Shown piece by piece: positions 27,049 to 36,727 of a DNA stretch of 64,000 bases. The DNA is taken from contig JBGAOA010000001.1 of NCBI GenBank assembly GCA_044222065.1, positions 32,001 through 96,000 of the forward strand, read 5' to 3'. Under the pieces are notes generated by a model. It was not told where the DNA came from, did not search any database, and saw only the letters and a list, made by a program, of their open reading frames with translations. Made by a program: the position numbers and the translations under genes. Source of the stretch: Candidatus Eiseniibacteriota bacterium. Lineage in GTDB: Bacteria; Eisenbacteria; RBG-16-71-46. Each line of letters opens with the position of its first letter. Position 1 is the stretch's first letter.

Positions 27049-27181
27049 GATGGAGCCTCCGGTGGAGCGGCGCGACGCGCGGTCGGGCCGGATCGTCAGC
27101 GTGCGGCGCGGGCGGGTCCCGCGCGTCCGCCCGCTTCAATCGCGCGCGCGGCGCGGAAGTTCCCGCGCACCGCGCGACGGC

Positions 27182-28525
27182 TCACAGCTCGTTGCGCCGG
27201 ATGATCTCCGCGAGCTTCTTCGCGCTCTCGCGCGGCGTGCGTCCCTGCGTCGCGTAGTCCACTTCGATCAGCCCGAAGCGACCGCCGAACCCGTCCGCCC
27301 ACTCGTAGTTGTCGAGCAGCGACCAGTGCAGGTAGCCCGCGATCGGAACGCCCTCGTCGAGCGCGCGCGCGACCTGCCACAGGTGCAGGAACAGGAACGT
27401 CCAGCGGTCGTCGTCGCGCGAGGTCGGCAGGCCGTTCTCGGTGATGAGGATCGGCCGCCCGTAGCGCGCGTAGGCTTTGAGGAAGTGCGCGAGGCCCTCG
27501 GGGTAGATCTCCCAGCCGAGTTCGTTGCGCTTGCCGATCCGGCCGTGGTGCTCGCGGGTACAGAGGTTGCCGACGAGCCCCGGCAGCGAGAAGCCCGTGT
27601 TCTGCACGAAGTCGCGCGTGTAGTAGTTGAGCCCGATGAAGTCGAGCGTGTGCGCCTGCGGCAGCCGTTCCCACAGCAGGCCCGGCACGCGCAGCGCGCC
27701 GGTGTGGAGCGCGTCCAGGAACAGGTGGTTGAAGAGGTACTGGCGCACGCGCACCGACAGCCGGTCGAGCACGCTCTTCGGATTGCACGGCGAGAGCGCG
27801 AGCGCGTGCTTCGCCACGCTCACGAGCGCATCCGGGCGGCGCGCGTGGATCGCGTGGTAGGCGCGCACGTGCGAACGCAGCAGCGTGCGCACGACGCGGA
27901 TCGCGCCGGCGAAGTCCTGCGTGCGGCCGGGCGGCCACTGGCCGAGCACCCAGCCCTTGAACGCCTGCACGACGGGCTCGTTCAGCGTGAGCCACCAGCG
28001 CACGCGGTCGCCGTACTCGGCGACGACGCGCGCGGCGAAACGCTCGAAGCGGTCCTCGAACTCGGGCGCCTCGAGGCCGCCGCGAGCCGCGAGCCACTGC
28101 GGGATCGTGTAGTGGAAGATCGTGACGACCGGCTCGATGCCGCGCGCACGCAGCGCGTCGATCACGTCGCCGTAGTGCCGCAGGCCCTCGGCGCTGAAGG
28201 TGCCGTCCTCGGGCTCGATGCGGCTCCACTCGAGCGAGAAGCGATGGGCGTTGTGGCCGAGCGAGCGCGCGAGGTCGAAGTCCTCGCGGAAGCGGCGGAA
28301 GTGGTCGGCCGCGAGGCCCGACGGCTCCTTCACGCGGCCCGACTGCTCCCACGCCCACCAGTCGTTGTTCGTGTTCCGCCCCTCGACCTGGTGCGCGGAC
28401 GTCGCCGCGCCCCACAGGAATCCGTCGGGGAAGCGGAAGTTCGCCGAGTGGATGCCCGGACCTTCCGCGGCGTCGTGGGCGTCGTCGCCGTGCGGAGTCA
28501 CGCCGGGCATCGCGGGGGCGCTCAC
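27182..28525 (-). CDS. Glycoside hydrolase family 1 (beta-glucosidase-like)
   Basis: FLWGAATSAHQVEG, RFSLEWSRIEP, TLNEP (acid/base), ITENG (nucleophile), WSLLDNYEW. Confidence 0.92.
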   Translation of the reverse strand: MSAPAMPGVTPHGDDAHDAAEGPGIHSANFRFPDGFLWGAATSAHQVEGRNTNNDWWAWEQSGRVKEPSGLAADHFRRFREDFDLARSLGHNAHRFSLEWSRIEPEDGTFSAEGLRHYGDVIDALRARGIEPVVTIFHYTIPQWLAARGGLEAPEFEDRFERFAARVVAEYGDRVRWWLTLNEPVVQAFKGWVLGQWPPGRTQDFAGAIRVVRTLLRSHVRAYHAIHARRPDALVSVAKHALALSPCNPKSVLDRLSVRVRQYLFNHLFLDALHTGALRVPGLLWERLPQAHTLDFIGLNYYTRDFVQNTGFSLPGLVGNLCTREHHGRIGKRNELGWEIYPEGLAHFLKAYARYGRPILITENGLPTSRDDDRWTFLFLHLWQVARALDEGVPIAGYLHWSLLDNYEWADGFGGRFGLIEVDYATQGRTPRESAKKLAEIIRRNEL

Positions 28526-29814
28526 GACGCGACCTCGAGCGCGGGCTCGGCGTCCGCGTGGAACTGGACGATGTCCTTCGTGAACGCGAGGTCGAGCGTC
28601 CAGTCGAGCATCACGCGCAGCTTCTTCTCGAGACGCGGCAGCTTCGCGAGGTACACCGTGCGCCACAGCCACCACGCGAAGAAGCCCGACACGTTGCGGC
28701 CGAGGATGCGCGCGACGCCCGTGCGGCGGCCGAGTGCGGCGAGCTGGCCGAGGCCGCCGAAGCGGAACGGCCGTGGCGACTCCCCGCGCAGCACCGCGAC
28801 GAGGTTGCGGCCGAGCCGCGCGCCCTCGCGCAGCGCGTGCTGCGCCGTCGGCGGATGGAGCCCGCCCGTTCGCACGTCGGGCACCTCGGCCGTATCCCCG
28901 AGCGCCCAGACGCCGGGCCAGCCGGGAACGGCGAGCGTCGGTTCGACCGGGATGCGCCCGCGCGCCGACACGAACGGCAGCCCGCGCACGATCGGGTGCG
29001 GCTCGGTGCCGGCCGTCCACACGAGCGTGCCGGCCTCGATCCGTGTGCCGTCCGACAGCGCGACGACGCCGTCGAGGAACGATGCGACGCGCACGCCCGT
29101 GCGGATCTCGACGCCGCGCGAGGCGAGCTTCGCGCCGGCGTAGCCGCCGAGCTCGGGGCCGAGTTCCGGGAGCACGCGCTCGCCCGAGTGCACGAGCACG
29201 ACGCGCAGTTCGGACTCGGCGAGGCCCGGGTAGTAGCGCAGCGATTCGCGCAGGAAGTCGTTCACGCCGGCGATCGTCTCGACGCCCGCGAATCCGCCGC
29301 CCGCGACGACGCAGGTGAGCAGCCGCGCGCGCAGCGCCGGATCGTCCTCGGCGTCGGCCTGCTCGAGGCGGCCGATGAGGCGGTTGCGCAGGTGGATCGC
29401 GTCCGGGAGCGTCTTCATGCCGAGCGCGTGCTCGGCGAGTCCCGGGACGCCCGCGAAGCGCGTCGTCGAACCGAGCGCGATCACGAGATGGTCGTAGGGC
29501 AGTTCGTGGGTGTGGAGGTTCTCGCCGTGCGCGATGCGGACGACGCGGCGCTCGAGGTCGACGCGCTCGACGTCGCCCTTGAAGAAGCGCACGCGGCGGA
29601 GCAGCTTGCGGATCGGATTCACGATGTGCGTCACGTCCAGCTCGCCGGCCGCGACCTCGTGCAGCATCGGGGTGAAGAGGAAGAAGTTCTCGCGGTCCAC
29701 GAGCGTGACCTCGGCGAGCGGCTCGCGGGCGAGCGCGCGCTCGAGTTCGAGCGCGCAGTAGAGGCCGCCGAATCCGGCGCCGAGGACGACGATGCGCGGC
29801 TTCGTGCCGGCCAT
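28522..29814 (-). CDS. ndh: Type II NADH:quinone oxidoreductase
   Basis: VVLGAGFGG, FTPMLHEVAAG, VAGGGFAGVE, WALGD, PPTAQHALREG, GFFAWWLWR. Confidence 0.85.
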   Translation of the reverse strand: MAGTKPRIVVLGAGFGGLYCALELERALAREPLAEVTLVDRENFFLFTPMLHEVAAGELDVTHIVNPIRKLLRRVRFFKGDVERVDLERRVVRIAHGENLHTHELPYDHLVIALGSTTRFAGVPGLAEHALGMKTLPDAIHLRNRLIGRLEQADAEDDPALRARLLTCVVAGGGFAGVETIAGVNDFLRESLRYYPGLAESELRVVLVHSGERVLPELGPELGGYAGAKLASRGVEIRTGVRVASFLDGVVALSDGTRIEAGTLVWTAGTEPHPIVRGLPFVSARGRIPVEPTLAVPGWPGVWALGDTAEVPDVRTGGLHPPTAQHALREGARLGRNLVAVLRGESPRPFRFGGLGQLAALGRRTGVARILGRNVSGFFAWWLWRTVYLAKLPRLEKKLRVMLDWTLDLAFTKDIVQFHADAEPALEVAS

Positions 29815-29930
29815 TCGAGCTCCCGCGAACGGTGGGGCGCGCGCCTCGCGCCCGGACGGCGCGGGTCCGCCCCGCGCGACCCTCCGAATGCACGCGCGCG
29901 CCGGCGGGTTCCCGGGCGGCGGGAAGGAGG

Positions 29931-31064
29931 TCAGCCGCGCGCGGCGGCGGCCGTGCGCTCGCCCGCGCGCGACCACAGCGACTCGCGCAGTTCGGCGAGT
30001 CCGAGCCCGCGGCGGGCCGAGACCGTGAAGCAGCCGGGGTAGCGCACCCGCAGCCCCGCGAGCGTCTCGTCGTCCAGCAGGTCGCACTTGTTGAAGACGA
30101 GCACGGTCGGGCGCGGCGTCTCGAGCAGGTCCTCGAGCACGCCGTCCACCGCCTCGATCTGGCGGTTGCGGTCGGGATCGGCGGCGTCCACGACGTGCAA
30201 CAGCAGGTCGGCTTCGATCGCCTCGACGAGCGTGCTGTGGAAGGACGCGACGAGGTGGTGGGGGAGCTTGCGGATGAACCCGACCGTGTCGGTCAGCAGC
30301 GCGACGCGCCGTTCGGGGCTCACCATCTGGCGCGTCGTGGCGTCGAGCGTCGCGAACAGCCGGTCCTCGACGAACACCTGCGCGCGCGTGAGCGCGTTGA
30401 ACAACGTGCTCTTGCCGGCGTTCGTGTAGCCGACGAGCGCGGCGCGGAACTCGCGGCGGCGCCGGCGGCGCTGCGTCTCGCGCTCGCGCTCGACCGCGCG
30501 CAGGTCGTCCTTCAGGCGCGCGATCCGCTCGCGCACGAGGCGGCGGTCGGTCTCGAGCTGGGTCTCGCCCGGTCCGCGCGTGCCGATGCCGCCCGCCTGC
30601 CGTTCGAGGTGCTTCCACATGCCGGTGAGGCGCGGCAGCGTGTACTCGAGCTGCGCGAGCTCGACCTGGAGCCGCGACTCCCGCGTGCGGGCGCGGCGCG
30701 CGAAGATGTCGAGGATCAGCTCGGAGCGGTCCACGACCTTCCGGGCGAGCGCCTTCTCGAGGTTGCGGACCTGCGGCGGCGACAGGTCGTCGTTGAAGAT
30801 CACGACCTCGGCGTCGTGCGATTCGGCCGCGTCCTTCACTTCGCCGATCTTGCCCTTGCCGATGAAGTGCGCGGGATGGATGTCGCCCCGCCGCTGCACG
30901 ACGGTCGCCGCGACGCGCGCCCCGGCCGTGTCGGCGAGGCGTGCGAGCTCCTCGAGCGAACGCTCGAGGTCGTCGCCGTCGCGCTCGGCGTGGCCGACGA
31001 GCACGCAGCGCTCGGTGCGCGGAGGCGGGACGACGTCGTGCAGGGGGCGGTGACGGGCGCTCAT
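29931..31064 (-). CDS. hflX: Ribosome-splitting GTPase HflX
   Basis: LILDIFARRART, GTRGPGETQLETDRR, GYTNAGKST, LFATLD, DTVGFI, NKCD. Confidence 0.95.
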   Translation of the reverse strand: MSARHRPLHDVVPPPRTERCVLVGHAERDGDDLERSLEELARLADTAGARVAATVVQRRGDIHPAHFIGKGKIGEVKDAAESHDAEVVIFNDDLSPPQVRNLEKALARKVVDRSELILDIFARRARTRESRLQVELAQLEYTLPRLTGMWKHLERQAGGIGTRGPGETQLETDRRLVRERIARLKDDLRAVERERETQRRRRRREFRAALVGYTNAGKSTLFNALTRAQVFVEDRLFATLDATTRQMVSPERRVALLTDTVGFIRKLPHHLVASFHSTLVEAIEADLLLHVVDAADPDRNRQIEAVDGVLEDLLETPRPTVLVFNKCDLLDDETLAGLRVRYPGCFTVSARRGLGLAELRESLWSRAGERTAAAARG

Positions 31065-32281
31065 CCGCGCGGAACGACCTCCATTTCGACGGGGAACTCG
31101 GTCAGGTTCTCGAACGTGCCGTCGGCGCGCGCGACCACGAGATCCTCGATGCGCACGCCGATGCCGCGCTCGGGATAGTACAGCCCGGGCTCGATCGTGA
31201 TCGCGTGACCGGGCGCGATCGTGGCGGTGTTCGAGGGCGGGCCGCCGAGGCTCGGCGCCTCGTGCACCGCGAGCCCGACGCCGTGACCGAGGCCGTGCAC
31301 GTAGCCCTCCTCGGTGCCCGGGTGCGAGAGCGGCGTCCGGTGCCCGCGCGACTCGAACAGCGCACAGGTCTTCTCCTGGTACGAGCGGCAGCGCTCGCCG
31401 AGCGCGAGCGTGTCCATCGCCTGCCGGAAGGCATCGTGCACGTCGGCGTACGTGCGGCGCAGCTCGTCGCTCGCGGGGCCGACGCAGAACGTGCGCGTCA
31501 TGTCGCTGAAGTAGCCGCCGCCCGCCTCGCCGGGGAACAGATCCACGATGATCGGCGCGCCCGGGCGCACGACGTCGTCGTCGTTGCCGCGGTTGTGCGG
31601 CACGCCGGCGTCGCGGCCCTGCGCGATGATGCCGTCGCCCGACTCGGCGAGCCCGTGCGCGAGGAACGTCTCGCGCACGATCTGGCGCAGCCGTCCGAGC
31701 GTCACGAGGCCGCCGCCGTGGACGACCTTGTCGCCCGAGATGCGCGAGTGTTCGAGGTACTCCTTCACGTGGCGCATCGCGTCCACGGTGCCGAGCGACG
31801 CCTTGCGCATGCGTGCGATCTCGTCGGCGTCCTTCGTCGCGCGCGCCTGCTGCAGCAGGTCGGGCGTGGCGTCGTCGATCTCGAGCTCGGGCAGCTCGCG
31901 GCGCGCGCGCGCGATCATCTCCCACGCGCGGCCCGCGTCCATCTCGCCGTGGAGCGCGATGCGCCCGCGCATTCCGAGCAGCGCGCAGGTCTCGCCGATC
32001 CACCGGCCGTAGACGCGCGTCATCGAGCCTTCCTCGGCGAGCGCGACGCTCACGCGGTGCTGGCCGAACGAGGACATCTCGCATCCGGCGCGCGCGGCCT
32101 GATCGCGTTCCATCGGGTCGTGGATCAGGTGAGCGCGGCCGTCCGCGGCTCGGAAGTACAACGCGTGGTGCAGGTGCTGGCCCGTCGAATAGAGCAGGGC
32201 CGGTGCGTAGCGGTCGGCGGCGACGATGACGAGGCCGGCGAGGCCGCGCTCGCGCATGAGGCGGTCGAGATCCTGTCGCAC
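31061..32281 (-). CDS. M24 family (Xaa-Pro) aminopeptidase
   Basis: IIVDLFP..GYFSDMTRT, HGLGHGVGLAVHEAP, TIEPGLY, GVRIED. Confidence 0.9.
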   Translation of the reverse strand: MRQDLDRLMRERGLAGLVIVAADRYAPALLYSTGQHLHHALYFRAADGRAHLIHDPMERDQAARAGCEMSSFGQHRVSVALAEEGSMTRVYGRWIGETCALLGMRGRIALHGEMDAGRAWEMIARARRELPELEIDDATPDLLQQARATKDADEIARMRKASLGTVDAMRHVKEYLEHSRISGDKVVHGGGLVTLGRLRQIVRETFLAHGLAESGDGIIAQGRDAGVPHNRGNDDDVVRPGAPIIVDLFPGEAGGGYFSDMTRTFCVGPASDELRRTYADVHDAFRQAMDTLALGERCRSYQEKTCALFESRGHRTPLSHPGTEEGYVHGLGHGVGLAVHEAPSLGGPPSNTATIAPGHAITIEPGLYYPERGIGVRIEDLVVARADGTFENLTEFPVEMEVVPRG

Positions 32282-32416
32282 GGGGAAACCTCCGGGGGAT
32301 GAAGGTTGCGAGGGGCCTCAACGTAACGCACTCGCGCGTCCCGGCGGGAGTGCGTCGCGACGGGCGCGGCGGCGGCGGCGGCGAGCGTCACGCGCCGCGG
32401 CGCGCGGGGGTGCGTC

Positions 32417-33118
32417 CTACGGCTCGACCCAGGCGTGCGATTCGCGCTCGCGGCCGCGGCCGCGGCCGAAGACCGCCATCGCCGCGAGCCCGAACGCGAA
32501 GCCCCCGACGTGCGCCCACCACGCGACCCCGCCGCCCGCGCCCATGCCGAGCGCGAGCGAGCCGCTCACGAACTGGAAGACGAACCACAGCCCGAGCACG
32601 ACGACCGCGGGCAGGGCCCACACCTGGATGAACACGAACAGCGGGACGAGCGTGAGCACGCGCGCACGCGGGAACGCGACGAGGTAGCCGCCGAGCACGC
32701 CCGCGATCGCGCCGCTCGCGCCCACGGTCGGCACGGGGGAGGCGGTGTTGGCGAGCCAGTGGGCCGCCGTCGCGCACGCGCCCGCGGCGACGTAGAAGGC
32801 GAGGAAGCCCACGTGCCCGAGACGGTCCTCGACGTTGTCCCCGAAGATCCACAGGTACCAGAGGTTGCCGACGAGGTGCGCCCAGCCGCCGTGCAGGAAC
32901 ATCGAACTCAGCACGCTGCCGAGCACGGGCGCCGCCGCGCCGTCGCCGCCGAGCGCGAGCGACAGGCGCGCGGGCACGAAGCCGAACTGGAACACGAACG
33001 TGCGCAGCCCGGGGCCGATCGCGAGCTCGTACAGGAACAACAGCACGTTGAGCGCGATCAGGCCGCGGGTCACCCACGGCGTCGTGGCGGATGGATTCTC
33101 GTCGCGAAGAGGGATCAT
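32417..33118 (-). CDS. Rhomboid family intramembrane serine protease
   Basis: MIPLRDENP, SMFLHGGWAHLVGN, GASGAIAG, VAWWAHVGGF. Confidence 0.92.
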   Translation of the reverse strand: MIPLRDENPSATTPWVTRGLIALNVLLFLYELAIGPGLRTFVFQFGFVPARLSLALGGDGAAAPVLGSVLSSMFLHGGWAHLVGNLWYLWIFGDNVEDRLGHVGFLAFYVAAGACATAAHWLANTASPVPTVGASGAIAGVLGGYLVAFPRARVLTLVPLFVFIQVWALPAVVVLGLWFVFQFVSGSLALGMGAGGGVAWWAHVGGFAFGLAAMAVFGRGRGRERESHAWVEP

Positions 33119-33298
33119 GAAACGGTCGGAACCTGCCGATGCTGTTGCGGAACCTCGCGGGTGCTCCCGAGCATTGACGCTTCGAAACGCGGTTCCTATG
33201 CTGCGCGGGCTCTTGGGTCGGTCGTGAATCGGTCGAACTCGCCCGGCATCGAAGGGGCGTTCGAGCGAAGAATACTAGGGTCTGAAGGGGGTTTCGAA

Positions 33299-33622
33299 AT
33301 GGGCAATGCGATCGCGGTGACCGAGCAGAACTTCACGAACGAAGTGCTCCAGTCACCGACTCCGGTTCTCGTGGACTTCTGGGCGGCGTGGTGCGGACCG
33401 TGCCGGCACATCGCGCCGGTCGTCGAGGAGCTCGCCGCGGAGTACGCGGGCCGGCTCAAGGTCGTGAAGGTCGACGTGGACGAGAACCAGGACGTCGCCA
33501 TGCGCTACGGCGTGCAGAGTATCCCGACGCTCATGCTCTTCAAGGGCGGCCAGGAAGTCGTGAAGATGATCGGCGCGTTCCCGAAGCCGCACATCGTGTC
33601 GAAGGTGACGCCGCACCTGTGA
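33299..33622 (+). CDS. trxA: Thioredoxin
   Basis: VLVDFWAAWCGPC, YGVQSIPTL; 107 aa from ATG 33299. Confidence 0.95.
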   Translation: MGNAIAVTEQNFTNEVLQSPTPVLVDFWAAWCGPCRHIAPVVEELAAEYAGRLKVVKVDVDENQDVAMRYGVQSIPTLMLFKGGQEVVKMIGAFPKPHIVSKVTPHL

Positions 33623-33638
33623 GCGGCCCGAAGTGACG

Positions 33639-33672
33639 ACGGCCCGCGCGATCCGCGCGGGCCGTTTCGTTT
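33639..33672 (+). terminator. Intrinsic terminator after trxA
   Basis: ACGGCCCGCGCG-atc-CGCGCGGGCCGT followed by TTCGTTT. Confidence 0.8.
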
Positions 33673-34284
33673 CGCGGGGCGATCAGCGGGCCGTCCGTCC
33701 GGCGGGCGTGTCGCGCCGCCGCTCGAGCGCCTCGAGCGACTCGGGCAGCGCTTCGAGCACGTCGCGCGCCGCGAGCCCGAGCGTGCCTCGCGCCGCGCGC
33801 GCGCGATCGCCCGCGAGGCCGTGCACGAACGCGCCGAGACGCGCGGCGTCGTAGGCGTCGAGTCCCTGCGACAGCAGCGCGCCGATCGCACCCGCGAGCA
33901 CGTCGCCGGTGCCCGCGGTCGCGAGCCCCGGGTTCCCGGTCGGGTTCACGGTCGCCCGTCCGTCCGGCGAGGCCGTCACGGTCGGCGCGCCCTTCAGCAC
34001 GACCACTGCGTTCCAGCGCCGCGCCCACTCGATCGCCGCGTCGATGCGGCGGCCTTCGAGCGCAACCGACGTCTCGCCCGTGAGCCGCTCCATCTCGCCG
34101 AGGTGCGGCGTGAGCACGAGCGGCTCGCCGGCGCCGGCCTCGAACGGCTGGCCCGCGAGCGCCGAGAGTCCGTCGGCGTCGAGCACGGTCGGCCGCGTGC
34201 GCGCGGAGACGAGCGCGCGCACGAGCGATGCCGACTCGTGATGGCGGCCGAGCCCCGAGCCGAGCACGAACGCGTCGGCGCGTT

Positions 34285-35006
34285 CGAGCAGCGCCTCGAT
34301 CGTGCCGCGCGCCGAGAGCGCGAGCGCGCGAGGACCCGCCTCGGGGCACGGCACGGTCATTTCCTCGGTGAGCTTCACGGCGAGGATGTCGTGCAGGCTG
34401 CGCGGCACGGCGCAGCGCACGTAGCCCGCGCCCGTGCGCGTCGCCGCGTGCGCCGCGAGCGCGACGGCGCCCGTGAGCCCTTCGGAGCCGCCCGCGACGA
34501 CGACGCGTCCCACGGACGTCTTGTGCGCGCGCGGGCCGCGGCGCGGAACGAGCACCGCCATGTCGTCCTCGGTCGCGAGCGACACCGGGCAGTCGCGGGC
34601 GGCGGCGGGTGCGACGAGCCCGATGTCCACGACCTCGACGCGGCCCGCGAACGCGCGGCCCGGCCACAGCCAGTGGCCGCGCTTCGGGTGCCCGAACGTC
34701 ACGGTGAGGTCGGCACGCACCGCGCGGCGCGCGATCGCGCCCGTGTCCGCGTCCACGCCGGTCGGCAGGTCCACGGCGACGATGCGCGTGCCCGATTCGT
34801 CCAGCTCGCGCGTCACCTGCACGCACGCCGCGACGAGGCCCTCGGGCTCGCCGCGCGCGCCGGTGCCGAGCAGCGCCTCGATCGTGCCGCGCGCCGAGAG
34901 CGCGAGCGCGCGAGGACCCGCCTCGGGGCACGGCACGGTCATTTCCTCGGTGAGCTTCACGGCGAGGATGTCGTGCAGGCTGCGCGGCACGGCGCAGCGC
35001 ACGTAG
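34285..35006. repeat. Exact 140-bp direct repeat (34285-34424 and 34867-35006)
   Basis: Base-by-base identical; both copies encode YVRCAVPRSLHDILAVKLTEEMTVPCPEAGPRALALSARGTIEALL; offset 582 bp. Confidence 0.95.
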
Positions 35007-35074
35007 GTGCGAAGTCCCACGGCGCGCCGTCCTCGATCTGACCCCGCAGCGCGGCCTCGTCGGCCGCGACGCCC

Positions 35075-35102
35075 GGAACGCCGGCGGCGGAACGCCGGCG
35101 GC
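35075..35102. repeat. 14-bp tandem duplication causing a frameshift in nnr
   Basis: GGAACGCCGGCGGC x2; removing one copy restores EAAGVPGVAADEAALRGQIEDGAPWDFA. Confidence 0.85.
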
Positions 35103-35407
35103 CTCCGCGCGCTCGAGGTGCGCGAGCGCCTCGCCCGCGACCCGCTCGCGCGGCGCGACGAGCACGAGGCGCGGCAGCGCGCCGCGCTGGAGCAGGTGGC
35201 GCGCGGCGACGAAGCCGTCGCCGCCGTTGTTGCCGGGGCCGCACAGCACGAGCACGCGCAGCGCGAGCGGCGGACCGAACGCGCGCTCCATCGCCGCGAC
35301 GACGCCGGCGCCGGCGCGCTCCATGAGCGTCTCGCCGGACGCGTGCCCGCCCTCGATCGTGAGCCGGTCGAGCGCGCGCATCTCGGAGGCGGTCAGGAGG
35401 AGCATGG

Positions 35408-36352
35408 TCAGTGCACCGTGAAGCGGAACGGCATCTCGACGCGGAAGCGGTACGTGACGCCGTCCTTCACGTACGGCTCGAAGCGCGACGCACGCGCCGC
35501 CGCGAGCGCGGCGTCGTTCAGTTCGGGAATGCCGCGGAACACGGCGGCCTCGATCACGCGGCCGTTCGTGTCCACGAGCGCGCGCACCCACACGTTGCCC
35601 TGCACGCCCGCCTCGCGCGCGGCGTCGGGGAACTGCGGCTGAACGCGCTCGACGAACGGCGGCGCGAGGCGCGAGGCCGGAGCGTCGGGCCGGGCGAGCA
35701 CGAGCGTGTCCGGCAGCACGAGCGGCTCGCGACGCTGCGAGGCCGCGACCGCCGGCGCGACGGCGCGCGCGGGCGACGCGGTCTCGACGTGCGGAACGAT
35801 CGTGGCGTTCATCGCGGACGCGCTGCACGTCAGCCGCACGTCCGTGTCGCGCTTCCACGAGCAGTCGCTGCGCACGCGCGAGCGCTCGGCGCAGCCGCGG
35901 TGGAAGCCGCGGCGCGTCAGCTCGTCGTTCACGTAGTCGAGGTGGCGGCTCGACGGCTTCGGGACCTCGATCACGACGCGCACGAGCCGGCCGCGCTTGA
36001 GCGCGAGCTTCGCCTTCGCATCGATGCCGAACCACCGCAGCGCGCCTTCGCGCGCGGCCTCTCCGCGCACGGTGGACTTGATCGCGGTGAAGCTCCCGAA
36101 CTGCGACAGGCGGTCGAGGCCCCAGCCGAAGCGCAGCGGCGTTCCCGTGACGCGCACGGAGGTGTCCGCGCCCGCGGCGCCCGCGGGCACGACCGCCTCG
36201 ACGTCCTCGGTCGTGTCGGCGTCGGCCGCGGAGCTGTCCGCCGCAGGGCTCGCGTCGTCGTCGTGGCCGGGGGCGTCGCCGGCGAACGGCGTCGCGAGCG
36301 ACGGCAGCGCCGCGAGCGCGACGAGCGCGACGAGGCCTGCGAATCCGCGCAC
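35408..36352 (-). CDS. Exported protein with TonB C-terminal domain
   Basis: PQFPDAAREAGVQGNVWVRALVDTNGRV...LNDAALAAARASRFEP...MPFRF; N-terminal signal or anchor. Confidence 0.8.
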   Translation of the reverse strand: MRGFAGLVALVALAALPSLATPFAGDAPGHDDDASPAADSSAADADTTEDVEAVVPAGAAGADTSVRVTGTPLRFGWGLDRLSQFGSFTAIKSTVRGEAAREGALRWFGIDAKAKLALKRGRLVRVVIEVPKPSSRHLDYVNDELTRRGFHRGCAERSRVRSDCSWKRDTDVRLTCSASAMNATIVPHVETASPARAVAPAVAASQRREPLVLPDTLVLARPDAPASRLAPPFVERVQPQFPDAAREAGVQGNVWVRALVDTNGRVIEAAVFRGIPELNDAALAAARASRFEPYVKDGVTYRFRVEMPFRFTVH

Positions 36353-36357
36353 GAGGC

Positions 36358-36699
36358 TCAGCGCCTCCGTACGCGCTGGCGCGCGTCCGCGCTCAGCTCC
36401 TTCGCGAGCCGCTCGCGGTACTCGGCGTCGCGCGCCGCGCGCGCGACGAGGTCGGGATCGGTCGAGACGAACGGCAGGTCGAACAGCTCGGGCTCGGCTT
36501 CCTGCACGGTGTAGATGCGCTCCTGTTCGCTGCGCTGGTACTGCACGGCGCGCTCGATCGTGTCGTGCGCGCGGTGCGCGTCGAGGAACGTCTGGTGGAA
36601 GACGTCGAACGTGTAGACGTGGAATTTCCCGTCGAGCCCGCCCGTGCCCGCGGGCGGCGAGTACACCTTGTACTTCGCGGCTTTGACCTTCCCTTCCAA
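36358..36699 (-). CDS. Hypothetical protein (113 aa)
   Basis: Protein-like composition, GGAGGG RBS before TTG, co-oriented within a gene run. Confidence 0.6.
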   Translation of the reverse strand: MEGKVKAAKYKVYSPPAGTGGLDGKFHVYTFDVFHQTFLDAHRAHDTIERAVQYQRSEQERIYTVQEAEPELFDLPFVSTDPDLVARAARDAEYRERLAKELSADARQRVRRR

Positions 36700-36727
36700 G
36701 GGTTCCCTCCCGTGCGCGTGCGCGGCC

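Larger units (their letters stand above)
33683..35405 (-). pseudogene. nnr: Bifunctional NAD(P)HX epimerase/dehydratase (YjeF), reading frame disrupted (real lesion or assembly error)
   Basis: YjeF_N motifs (LMERAG, CGPGNNGGDG, ALLGTG, VAVDLPTG) and dehydratase motifs (VLDADG, LTPHLGE, VLKGA, ATAGTGDVLAG) are split across frames by a 14-bp tandem duplication and a 140-bp inserted copy. Confidence 0.85.

Noticed and set aside
34285..35006. 140-bp repeat as a diversity-generating retroelement TR/VR pair
   Set aside because: Copies are identical with no adenine-specific mismatches, and there is no reverse transcriptase in the window.
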